NCBI GenBank assembly: GCA_964035545.1
Contig: OZ037769.1
Span: 14,290,633 to 14,354,632 of the forward strand
Direction: 5' to 3'
From: Bugula neritina
Lineage: Eukaryota; Animalia; Bryozoa
DNA length: 64,000 bases
Shown: positions 28,315 to 40,082 of the stretch, piece after piece
Position numbering within the stretch: the stretch's first letter is position 1
Layout of the letters: every line of letters begins with the position of its first letter
Translations under genes and position numbers: made by a program
Notes under the pieces: model-generated
Databases searched by the model: none
Told to the model about the DNA's origin: nothing
The model's input: only the letters and a program-made list of their open reading frames with translations

Positions 28315-28956
28315 TGTCACAAATTCTGAGTGTACATATATCTATAGACCTACCAGGTTTTTCCTAATGATTATACAGGAATGTTCATAAATATTCTAGA
28401 CTGATCAAAGAGATGGGTCATTGTTCATTGTTATTGTTTTCATTAGTCATGTTAACTACTGCCCAGCAATGTAAACAAGGTGTTGCGCAATAATTGCGAA
28501 ATAACCATGGAAATTCCAATGTTTTGTTTTGTTTTGATTTTCTATAAATAGTATTGGCATGTGGGGAAGGTTTTCTACTAGAATCTTCTATACTGGAATG
28601 CTTGAGAATATTCTAGAGTGTTTTGTTTACTATAAATACTGAGGCAGTTGTGTTTACAGTTCAGTTCATTCTCGCAGTTCCTTTTTATAAGTTCATTCTC
28701 GCAGTTCCTTTTTATAAGTTCATTCTCGCAGTTCCTTTTTATAAGTTCATTCTCGCAGTTCCTTTTTATGAGTTCATTCTTGGAGTTCATTTTAATACAT
28801 TCATCTGTGCATATCTTACTAGAGAAATAAAGTATACTTATATCCACAACTCTATTTATTCACAACTGGATTAGCAAGCTGTATACTACTTGTCTATACA
28901 CTTCTGACTACCAGACTTTTCGAACTCGTCACACTGCTACCAACAGTTTTGTGACA
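28315..28956 (+). repeat. 3' LTR (642 bp)
   Basis: Appears identical by eye to the 5' LTR; followed by TSD GTTAC. Confidence 0.97.
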
Positions 28957-29139
28957 GTTACCCAAGAATGTTTCTAAGGGAGTTGTCACGCCTACATTCT
29001 TGATTTTATTAAAAGTTGAATAATGTTGTTTGTAGACTAACAATAGCTGTATAACTTTTTTTAAAATTTGTCATATTATAGTTCCTTGCCAGAAATATAT
29101 TACTCAACATAAACAAACAATTGCCAGAGTAACAGAAGT

Positions 29140-29258
29140 TAGGTAGGTAGGTAGGTAGGTAGGTAGGTAGGTAGGTAGGTAGGTAGGTAGGTAGGTAGGT
29201 AGGTAGGTAGGTAGGTAGGTAGGAAGGTAGGTAGGTAGGTATAGGTATGTAGGTAGGT
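29140..29258. repeat. (TAGG)n microsatellite
   Basis: Directly visible. Confidence 0.95.
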
Positions 29259-31255
29259 AAGCTCTGTAGCCGATTGATCACTAGTTACCAGAAGAGTAAC
29301 ATGATTAGTTGAAATGGTAGACAGTAATCTGTGCTAAATCTACTCACGTCTAAATGTCTAATCCTGGCTGTAGCTTCTCTTGTATGCGTTCTAGAAAGGT
29401 AGAGCAACTCCAAATTATCACTTTGGTTGAAAAGACAACTCCAAATCAAGCTCGAAGCTTGCTGCTCGCAACGAATAAATGGAAGTTTATATTTTAGCTA
29501 AATCTGCTAATCCATCGCTGTCATTCATTTAAGATACTTAGTTTAGTCATTATGACAACTCACTCACTGCAAAAATGATTAAATTACTACCTACTAATAC
29601 CATGCAGTATATTATAATAATCAATAGGCAAAGTTAAAACAAAGTTGTTACATTTGCAGTACAACTTTTATAGTTTACTTAACTAAAGAGTAAAAATTTC
29701 TGTTCTTCTACAATCAATCAAAGCAGATAATTAATACTTAATCTTTGTACAGTTAATCAACTAATTAGACGAGATACTAGTTTATATATCGAAGCTTTCT
29801 TTCAATTCCGTAATATTATACAAGTGGTTATGCCTGTTTTGAGGAAACTCAAGCGGTTTATTATTTTTGATAGCAGCATTTTCCATTGATGATGATTGCA
29901 TTCAGGCTAACTAAAATGCCGTGTAATAAATGTAGTTTTATGAATTTATAATTGAATATTTAATCTGTATGAACTCAAGTAATTATATTGGCAAAAAATG
30001 TTATGACTCATTTTTAATTTTTTGTTATGTTTTTCTGATGTTTTAAACTTGTACATTATGCAGATTTATATGCTAGCAGTACAAACAAATAGAATAATAT
30101 CCTGGTTTTTACGCAATATTTTAATGGGATATTTTATTTATAGTAATTAGTCTTTCTTTGTGAGAAAATGAGTATATAAATGATTAGTAAATTCATGAGT
30201 TTAGCTTAAATTCCTGAATTTTTTAAGCCTGCATAGATTTTTAATTACAAAATATTAGCTAGCAAGATACCAGAAATCTGATGAAGGGGGAGGGGGTAAC
30301 ATCGAAATAGCTGTATACTACTATATTGTTATACTTGCATAAAGAAAAGAAATGCAGGAATGTATTTTTGTATTTTATTTACAATAGTTCATTATATATA
30401 AATCAGTTTAGGAAAAGCGCAATATTATGTACTTGAAACATGTAATTCCTTTAGTTAGTTTTATAAAACTTTTAAAGTATTCTCTTTTATCCACAGTAAA
30501 CATTGAATTGAGACAATTAAAAAGTTTTAAATTAAAGACTTGGGTGTATGAATTCAAAATATAAACAGAAGTATAAAACAGAGCAGACAACTTTATATAT
30601 TCGCACGAGGCATAATAAGTTAACAATAAAATAATATTTTAAAGATGGTTATACAGTATGCAAGCAGATATAGCATTAAGAAACAACCAATCAAATAAAA
30701 AACCAAGCAAAAACTGCAAACCCATCAATATTGTGATTGTTTTTAAAGGTGAAAATTAAAAAAAAATTAAGACAAACTGTAAACTAGAGGTGAATCTTTC
30801 GTTTAATATGAACAAATCCAAATTAAACATTGAAAAATTACCTGAGAGATTAATTTCTATGTTATTCAACGTATGTTGAGCAGTCAATGAATACAATATC
30901 AAAGAATAAGTTCATTGATATGTAGAGGGGTAGTTGATTCATCAGTGAGCTTTGACAGGTTTTATGTAGGACATTCAAAGATACGATTGATCAGCTATAT
31001 GCCAAACTCAAATACAACTTTCTAATGAAAATGCTGGTTAGCTGAGGAATTGTCAGCATGCACCTGTGTCGAGATAAAAAGCATTTTTTCAACCTTTGAT
31101 TAGTCACTGATAGATGATGCAGTGTGCATTTATGCATACTACATTTTATCATCATTATTATAAATAAATTTATGCAAATAATAGTAAATAAAGTATGTAA
31201 AGTGTTTGTGACATGTGCAAGCGTGTGTGTTTGTGCCTGTGCGTGTGTGTTCAAA

Positions 31256-31335
31256 TCACAGGTTGAGTTGGAGGCGGAGTCACAGGTTGAGTTGGAGTCA
31301 CAGGTTAAGTTGGAGGCGGAGTCACAGGTTGAGTT
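31256..31335. repeat. Short tandem repeat TCACAGGTTGAGTTGGAG(GCGGAG), about 4 units
   Basis: Alternating 24- and 18-bp units. Confidence 0.8.
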
Positions 31336-31915
31336 TAGTAGTTAGTTATTCATTTACTTTGACCCTTTGAGCAGGGTATAAGAGATGTAATTCAATCAAA
31401 CCACCCGATTTGTAGTCAATAAAAACTTTGTGCTGAGAACATTGTCTAAATCTCTTGAGAATTAGGCTTGAAGTAAAACAGAATTTTCTCCAAAACTCTT
31501 GTGGCACATCAACACACCATAGCTATAAAATGAGTGAGGATAACACCAAATTATAGTGCAGTTGTGACCATTACAGGTAGGCCTATAAATGCAAAAGCTA
31601 CTACGATACTTTTCATAAACGATGAATAACACGGACTTTACATGATTGATGGATTCTAAACTTTTTTCATATAATATTACACACATGATATTATTACAAC
31701 ATAGTATTAACATATATAATATTAAACATGTGGTATAAACTTGTGATATTAACTTATATTATTAATATATAAGATCTCCGTATGATTATTACAGATTATA
31801 TTTCACCCATATTGGTATTCATGTTACATAACAATACGGTTTATAAAATTTCATACATAAATGGTTGAAAGCTTATATAACACAAAGTGAAAGTGGCCAA
31901 TAGCTGTATATTTCT

Positions 31916-32155
<240 letters not shown>

Positions 32156-32232
32156 GAAATTGAAAGGTTGTGTTGAAAAACTCAACATTTTAAATTCGCC
32201 AGTCCATGAATCTAGCCAACAGGCTTAGTTCT

Positions 32233-35200
32233 TCAAAATACAGCTAAAGAAAATTTACGAGCCAAGTCTGTGTAATATTGTCTCACAGCATCTACTCCTC
32301 TCTCACATACTTTAGGTAGCGGCGTTGTGAGAGCATTACAATTATATACAATAAGTACATTAAGTTGAGTTAGTCGTAATATCTTGGGACTCAAAGATGC
32401 CAAGAATTTATTTCGGGATATATCAAGGTACTGCAGACTACGCAACTTGCACACAGGATATGGTAAACTGGTGAAGTTGTTGTCAGCTATGGCGAGCCTT
32501 TCTAACTTCTTTAGATTCTGTATTCTATAAATATAATATGATAAATTGATTGTTACAAATCTCAGTGCAAACACATGGCATGCGAATGACTGAGGTGCAG
32601 TTGTAAACTCATGCAAGTATAACATAGAACAATACATATAATTTTATATTCGAAGTGAAATATATAATAATCAATCTGTTCAAATGTGAATAGCTAAGTT
32701 AAAATTCCGATGCTGGCGTTGAGAATGAAGCATTAGAAAATTTATGCAATGCCAAACCTCTAAGACTGGCTGTGATTGGTTACCCAAAGAGACACAATAA
32801 TGATTTTTGGCATATGCTTTTCTGTGAATGTATGACTAGACAAAACTGATACAATATGTTATATTCATATATTGTTACATTCCAGATATTGCTATATATT
32901 TATTCTATTAGAAACTAAAGCAAGTTTATAGTCACCATCCCTGTGAGAAACCTCTAAAAAGGGTTTTTTATGCTAGCAATTATGACTGAATGCTCTTCCT
33001 GACATCACCAGTGGCCTTTGTAGTGGTTTTAACCCATGACTTCCTGTTTACTAACCCCTAGACCACGGCTGCTCCCTATATTTAATTCTATTACTGCATA
33101 CACACCTGTTTGGTAGAGTCGACAAATTACAGCCATCCACATACAACTCTTTCAACGACAGTAGGGATGTGAATATATTGTCAAGTACACTTTCAGATAG
33201 GTTATTCCCTGATATATTCAATATCTCAAGACTCTTCAGTGAAAATAAGCTATAATATAGCATAAAGGTGTGACATGCAGTGTATAATAGTGTATTAATA
33301 TAAAATTTAATAAGTTAACCAGTTTTTAATCATATAAATAATATATTAAAGGTAAAAATGAACTGGTGAGAAAAGTAAAATGATGCGATGATTAAATATT
33401 TATATTTTTTATAAAAGTAGGAAACAGAAAAAAAAATTTCAGTTTGGTGATTTATCATTTAAATTTGTTTCTTGTCATTGGTTTGCAGCCGAAATGAGCC
33501 TGGGTCAGTACTACGTATCAACTAATAAGTGATCATGGTTTAACTAATTGCCATAGAAAGCAGGTGAACAACAAAGTCAAACACAAATATCATTATTTGG
33601 TAAACTTTGGTGTCCGATGACAACGCATTGTATACGTATGTCACTAGCATGCACATTTGCACAAGAAAATTCATCTAATGTGGGGCTGAGCTAAGGGTAC
33701 AATGTATTGATACTCATGCCATAGACATATATTGTTCTATAATAAACTATATTACTCCATAATACTCACCTGTTTGGTAAAGTTGTCAATTTACACTCTG
33801 ACACATCCAAATCTCTCAATGATAGTAAGCCTGTGAATATATTGTCAGGTAGACCTTCAGATAGGTCATTACACGATATACTCAATTCCTCAAGATTCTT
33901 CAGCAGAGATATGCTGTAATACAGGTGTGACATACAATGTACATATAATAGTACATGAATAAATGAAGTTAATTTAAACAATTTCAGAGCAGATATCAAT
34001 AAGGGAAGCTACTCAGGGTTACAAGTTTCAATAAGACAGAAAAAATACAAAGATGATATATATTACCATATAACATCTTTTACATAACCTTTGTAAAGTT
34101 TTCAAATGCATGAATAGCTATGAATGAGAGAGTGGAAAAAGTGCCATGTCAGTCGTGTGGAGAAAGAGCGTAATAGAGAGCAGAGAAGAAAGATAAGGAA
34201 GCTTATGACAATAAATTGGTACTCCTATCCAAGAGCAGAAGTGGATAGGCTGTATGTGAGCAGATGGAGACACCACACTACATAACATTCTAAAACACAA
34301 ACCCCCCAGTAAAGCATCTGAACATGAAAACAAAGGAATTGAAAGAAAAACTTTACATGCTCAGTATGAAGAGTGGAATTAATGAAACCAGTTAGAATCC
34401 ACTGAGTTGAATATCTCATTAAATTTATAAGCACTACACACCTGTTTGGTAGAGTTTTCAGTTTACAGTTTTGCATGTTCAACTCTTTCAATGATAGCAA
34501 CGATGTGAACATGTTGTCAGGTAGGGTTTCGGCGAGTTCATTACCTGATATATTCAATAGCTCCAGATTGGTCAGTGAAGATATGCTGTAACACAACATA
34601 CAGGCTGTAGATATGAAGATGAAAATAAATGCAAGATAACAGATACACTAAATTAAAATATTTGTCTCAGCTATGCATGGAGTCAAACCCTGGAAAGGAG
34701 TAGAGGTAGGTAGTACACACCTGCTTGGTAAAGTTGCCAGAATACATTCATCTATGTACAACTCTCTCAAAGATAGTAAGGATGTGAATATATTGTCAGG
34801 TAGACCTTCAGATAGGTCATTACGTGATATACTCAATATCTGAGGATTCTTCAGCAAAGATATGCTGTAATAATATACAGACATGAAATAGTCTATATTA
34901 TAATGAATCAGTAGACAAACCAGCTACCTTTAAAAATGCATATGATATTATAAACAACATGATACATATTACAATATAATTATTAAATATGGGTCCTGCT
35001 ACTTACTTGTAGTATAGTACACACTCAAAATCTTCAATTTTGAGCTTTTTTCACAATTTACCTTCCCGTGTATATGGTTTTTGCTCAAAAAAATAAAATA
35101 TCAAAAAAAAAACAACTCAAAACTGGAGGTCTTTTTAATTTTCCTGGATTTCCCATGGCTTTTCCTAATTAGTTAGTTTTGATTTTCGGACATCATGGAA

Positions 35201-37917
35201 AAACCGTGACGGTCCACAAATCCTAACTAACCAGATAATTAGAAAAAACCATGAGAAATTTAACAAAAATAAAAAGAACATTGATTATTTAGCTGTTTTT
35301 ATTTCAATTTTCGTTAGTTTAGACTTTAGAGCAAAAACCCTTTTCACTGGCAGCTGAGCTGTGAAAAAAGCTCAAATCTGAATTTATCGAGTGTGTACTA
35401 TATCAAGTAAAATGACCCACATTACAATATATAATTCACACCTGCTTGGTAAGGTTGCCAGCCCACATTTATCCAGGAACAAATCTGTCAATGATAGTAA
35501 GCCTGTGAATATATTGTCAGGTAGACCTTCAGATAGGTTATTATTTGATATCATCAATGCCTCAAGATTCCTCAGTAGAGACACGCTGTAACACAACATG
35601 CAAATGTGAAAGAGCCTATATTATAATGAAGCAGTAAACAAACTAGTTTTATTAAATAACATAACATAAATAATATAGAATACATTACATAATATAAATA
35701 ATAGTTTAAACACTCTGATCACTAATCTCATGATGTATAATTCACACCTGCTTGGTATAGTTACCAGCCCACAATCATACATGCTCATATCTCTCAATGA
35801 TATTAAGCCTGCGAATATATTGTCTGGTAGACCTTTAGATAGGTTATTATGTGACATACTCAGTGCCTCAAGATTCTTCAGTGAAGATATGCTGTAACAT
35901 AAACATACAAATATGAAATAGTAAGAATAATATCATAACGAAACAGAAAACAAACCAGTTTTATTAAATAATAAATGATATAATATGAACAACATATCAG
36001 ATTATCTCATATGAGCAATACATTATATAATATTCTAATATAAATAATTATTAAATACTTCAATATATAATTCACACCTGCTTGGTAAAGTTACCAGCCC
36101 GCATTCATTCATGTACAACTCTCTCAATGATAGTAATCCTGTGAATATACTGTCTGGTAAACATAGGTCATTATGTGATATATTCAATAGCTCAAGATTA
36201 TTCAGTGAAGATATGCTGCAACATAACAGGTATGAAATTGTTAACAAATACACACCTGCTAGATAAAATGTCAGTCTATTTTTGCATTAATAACTCCTTA
36301 AATGATAATACAGATAAGAATATATGATCAGGTAGACCTTCAGAAAAGTCATTTCTGATACATCCAAAACCTCCAAATTTCTTAGTAGAGACACGGCATA
36401 CATACAAGGTGAGCATCATGTATAATAATGCTACAGTTTACTAACACTGGTTAGCTACAGTACACCTGCTACTCAGTGTCATAGAGTAAATCCACTGTAC
36501 CGACACTGGGTAGCTACAGCACACCTGCTACTTAGTGTCACACAGCTATTATCAATAAATACAACATACTGACACTTTCACCCCACAAGTTGAGTCAGTC
36601 ACTTTTAAGAAGTACATGTAATTCAATTCAACAATATAGTACACACCTGCTAGGTAGAGCTGACAAACTACAGAGCGTCAAGTCCAGTTTCCTTAATGAC
36701 AGTAGAGATGCGAATACATTGTCAGGAAAATATTTGGGCAACTTCTTAAATAGCAGAGAATTGAGGATAGTGTTGGGAAAATTTTCGGGTGACCAATCAT
36801 AAGTAAAACTTAATACCTCAAGACTGCTCATTGAGGATATACTGTAAAATAAAACATTTTTGCATTATTTTGTTATAATATATTGTTTTACATCAATACA
36901 CATATTTGGCTTGTTTTGGTGTATTTTCTTGTGCATAAGTCTTGCCTTACATATATATGAAGAGCATGTTTTTACAGTTAAAGAAGAGTATGCCAACTGG
37001 TTGCTGTATATTAGCAGACACAAATAGTCAACAACTCTGTAGATATTTTGCCCTTTCGGTGATTATCTGAACTCCAAATTATAACCTTACACTATACCTA
37101 GTAAAGTCAGCATCATTGATTGCACCATAAACTGACAGATCTGTGACATGAGGAAATATCATAGCAATGTTTGGAGGATTGCTCTCTCCCATTATTATGT
37201 GGGTAACTTTATGTTGTGAATTTATATCATTAGTCTCTTCTATAGCAACGCATGGAGTAAAATTCTCTACCGTTCTATCAGTTTCTCCATCTGTACTAGA
37301 TGTGTTGAACCACACTCTGTGCTTCTCTACAACAGGAAGTAGTGACTATGAATCCAAATATTAATAGTACAGTTAAAGTCGATTACAAAGGAAGCAGCCC
37401 TGGCCTAGGGGTTAGAGTGTTTGCATAGTAAGCACGGGGTCATGAGTTCGAGCTGACAAAAGCCATTGGTGATGTTAGGAAGAGTATCCAGTCATAATTG
37501 CTCCTGTGTCACATTTGAATATCTCCTTAGCGCGATTTAATAGAAAACCTTTCCATCAGGGGTTTTTCACAGAGATAGCGACTACAAACTTGCGTGAGTT
37601 TTACGATTACTTACCAGTAGATACACTGTACTCTCACTGATAGTTCATACATCACACTGACAAAGTGTAGATATCTACTGATTAGTGATTATATACCACA
37701 CAAGTATCTTAAGTTTATACAGAAGAAAGCTCTGCCATAACTACAACTCACTCAATATTTTTCATATTTACTGCTTTCTTATTAAATCTGCTAGAGGTGC
37801 ACTTAGATATATTCCTTAACTACTGGTCAGAAAGTTTATAATTCACTAACTTGGAGCTGGCGGAGTTGGAAGTTCAGTTTGAGATAAAGTTGAATGGGAA
37901 GTTTGAGTCTGATCCAT
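32233..37917 (-). CDS. Cytoplasmic leucine-rich-repeat protein (~594 aa if all intact exons are joined) built from tandem two-LRR cassette exons; ROCO/MFHAS1-type C-terminal cap
   Basis: Exons (minus strand): 37917-37851 (MDQTQTSH..), 37326-37098, 36841-36647, 36215-36078, 35891-35748, 35585-35442, 34864-34721, 34585-34442, 33913-33770, 33249-33106, 32524-32233. The total is 1785 nt, in frame. LxxLxxLxISxN / LxSLxxLxxxxC repeats; ends LTTPLPKVCERGVDAVRQYY; no signal peptide or TM segment. Confidence 0.85.
32921..33076 (-). mobile_element. tRNA-derived SINE family A copy (internally deleted), in an LRR-gene intron
   Basis: Reverse complement matches the head, core and tail of the 23628 copy. 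Confidence 0.75.
35015..35400. mobile_element. MITE-like foldback element with TA flanks (Tc1/mariner-pogo type), in an LRR-gene intron
   Basis: Termini TAGTACACACTC / GAGTGTGTACTA are flanked by TA; long imperfect inverted arms (TTTGAGCTTTTTTCACA / TGTGAAAAAAGCTCAAA, TTTTGCTC / GAGCAAAA). Confidence 0.7.
36256..36395 (-). pseudogene. Dead LRR cassette exon (pseudoexon)
   Basis: Homologous to neighbouring cassettes (VSLLRNLEVLDVS / NDFSEGLPDHIFLSVLSFKEL.. SR|GTGTGT) but lacks the AG acceptor and has a frameshift and an in-frame TAG. Confidence 0.8.
37390..37600 (+). mobile_element. tRNA-derived SINE family A copy, in LRR-gene intron
   Basis: TGGCCTAGGGG A-box, GAGTTCGAG B-box, shared core and tail. 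Confidence 0.8.
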
Positions 37918-39544
37918 TCTTCAGTCACTGAATATGCTTGCCAGTCTTACCTAATAACCTTAACTCTAATCCATATAATCTGTAACAGTAATTACAGTCA
38001 GTGCAATTATTATTAAGACTAGATATACAAAATATAAAATAATATATCATATACTCTTTTAGTTAAGCAACAAGTGTGACAGTGACAGTTTTCTCTATGT
38101 TCTTTCCGCAGGATTGAAATGTAATTAATATAATGTTAGTTGAACATTACATTTACCTAGAAAATATCGCACCCAAATAACAGAAACCTCTGTTAAAACT
38201 AAAACAGATTCTGCATAAAAAATATACAATCAAAGATCAAGTTACATGCCTACATATTCCAATAATAATAATAGAAGGGGTAAATCTACTAATATTCTTA
38301 TTACCGCAGTCATAGTGGCAAAAAACTTTTTGAGCAGAAAATTATTGTTCCACAGCAACTCCAAGTATTAATTTCATTATTATCTATTTGCATGCCCAGT
38401 CTTACTCAGTGACTCACAGTCAACTTGTTGTACGAAATCAGAATTTTAGTGTCTAACTGAAACATAATATTTATTACACTAGTGATACTGCAAGTGTTAT
38501 GACTAATCACTAATGACTCACTATAAGTCTATACTTCTAACTGCAGAAGTAGAAGTTTTACCATATTATAATTATTATAAATATATCGTGAAATCACATG
38601 CATAAAATAAACATGAAATTGAATAGATGTTTCAATTCAATATTTGTTTTAAAATAAAAATTGATACCAAAGTCCAAAAATAAACTAAAACCTAATTATT
38701 AATTAATAAATTTTTATTTTATGCATTTACTGATTTACCTCTACTAGTACTTGTAGACGTAGTAGTAGTCTAGTACTACTACTAGTACTACTACTAGTAG
38801 TACTACTAGTAGTACTACTAGTAGTGTAGTAGTAGTACTAGTAGTACTACTATTAGTTTTACCACTGAGTATTACAGTTACAGTAATAAATAATTATAAA
38901 TCAGTGTTATGGTTAGTAACTTTCCTTTATATATCTAAAGTTAAATGCAAAATCTAATGCATTTAGTCTTACACTTAGACTCACATACCATGCTGGTGCC
39001 ACTGAAAAGAAATTTAACTGGAGCTCCACGTGAAATGGAATCAATAGAATATTATTTGGTTCGAATCATTCCCGCTTAATTTGCAATTTCCGGCCTTGCA
39101 AAGCCAATGGGCTGCGTTTCTTGAAAAGCTGCCCATTGCTATCACAGTAGGCTCCCTCAATAACAGAAGGAATGCAACTCTCAAATATTACATTATAATT
39201 CAACAAAACTTTGTTCAAAATCAGTTTTTAAATTGAAATTTATAATTTAGGAAAAAAAGTCAACAAAAGTTATAGCTGTCTTACCCAATATTGTAATTTG
39301 AATATATATCTGTGTTTTTATAGATATTCTTTAGTGACAATTTGACAATTTAAGTTGAAAGTGGTCCGTTTCAATTTGGAGCTATTCCGCAGCATTTCGT
39401 AGCATTTTGCAAAGCTCGTGACTCTTAGGTGACCCCTAGAGTCACAATTGAGTACTCTGGCTTGAGTTTACACACCTTCTAAACATGCTTTAGTAGAAAC
39501 ATGAGTTTCTGCTACTGCCAAGGTGTGAGCCATGGTATTCTGTT

Positions 39545-39590
39545 TTGTGCTGATGAGGGGACAAACCCGGAAACAGCTGCTATCCACAGA
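39545..39590 (+). ncRNA. Type I hammerhead ribozyme, degenerate copy
   Basis: Same architecture, but with an AUC triplet (39584) that creates a stem III mismatch, and a CCCG stem II 3' arm. Confidence 0.6.
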
Positions 39591-39819
39591 TTGAGATATT
39601 ACGCTCTCATTTAATGCTCAGCAATGACATTAAATGATTGAGCACTCTCACCATGGTCACAAACTCAAGCTGCTAGCATTTTGCAATGCTCGTGACTCCT
39701 AGGAGACTCCTAGAGTCACTTGAGCACTCTGGCTTGAGTTTACACACTTTTTAAATTAATATGCTTTAGTAAAACTATAAGTTTCTACTATTGCGAAGGT
39801 GTGGGCCATGGTACTCTGT

Positions 39820-39866
39820 TCTGTGCTGATGAGGGGACAAATCCCGAAACAGCTGCTGTCCACAGA
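39820..39866 (+). ncRNA. Type I hammerhead ribozyme, apparently intact
   Basis: Stem I UCUGUG/CACAGA; core CUGAUGA; stem II GGGG/UCCC with ACAAA loop; GAAA; stem III ACAG/CUGU; GUC cleavage triplet ending at 39860. Confidence 0.85.
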
Positions 39867-39868
39867 TT

Positions 39869-40082
<214 letters not shown>

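Larger units (their letters stand above)
24404..28956 (+). mobile_element. Ty3/Gypsy Gmr1-like LTR retrotransposon, non-autonomous (RT and most of RNase H deleted), 4553 bp
   Basis: Two 642-bp LTRs (TG..CA; 9-bp terminal inverted repeat TGTCACAAA/TTTGTGACA), 5-bp target-site duplication GTTAC (24399-24403 and 28957-28961), PBS after the 5' LTR, polypurine tract before the 3' LTR, and a single internal ORF. Confidence 0.96.

Noticed and set aside
31256-31335. Minus-strand TQPVTPPP repeat as a mucin-like tail exon of the LRR gene
   Set aside because: Contains an in-frame TAA and has no suitable splice acceptor.
38741-38856. Palindromic (TAG/CTA)n tract, similarly 20676-20910
   Set aside because: Self-complementarity is expected from simple trinucleotide repeats; no evidence of function.
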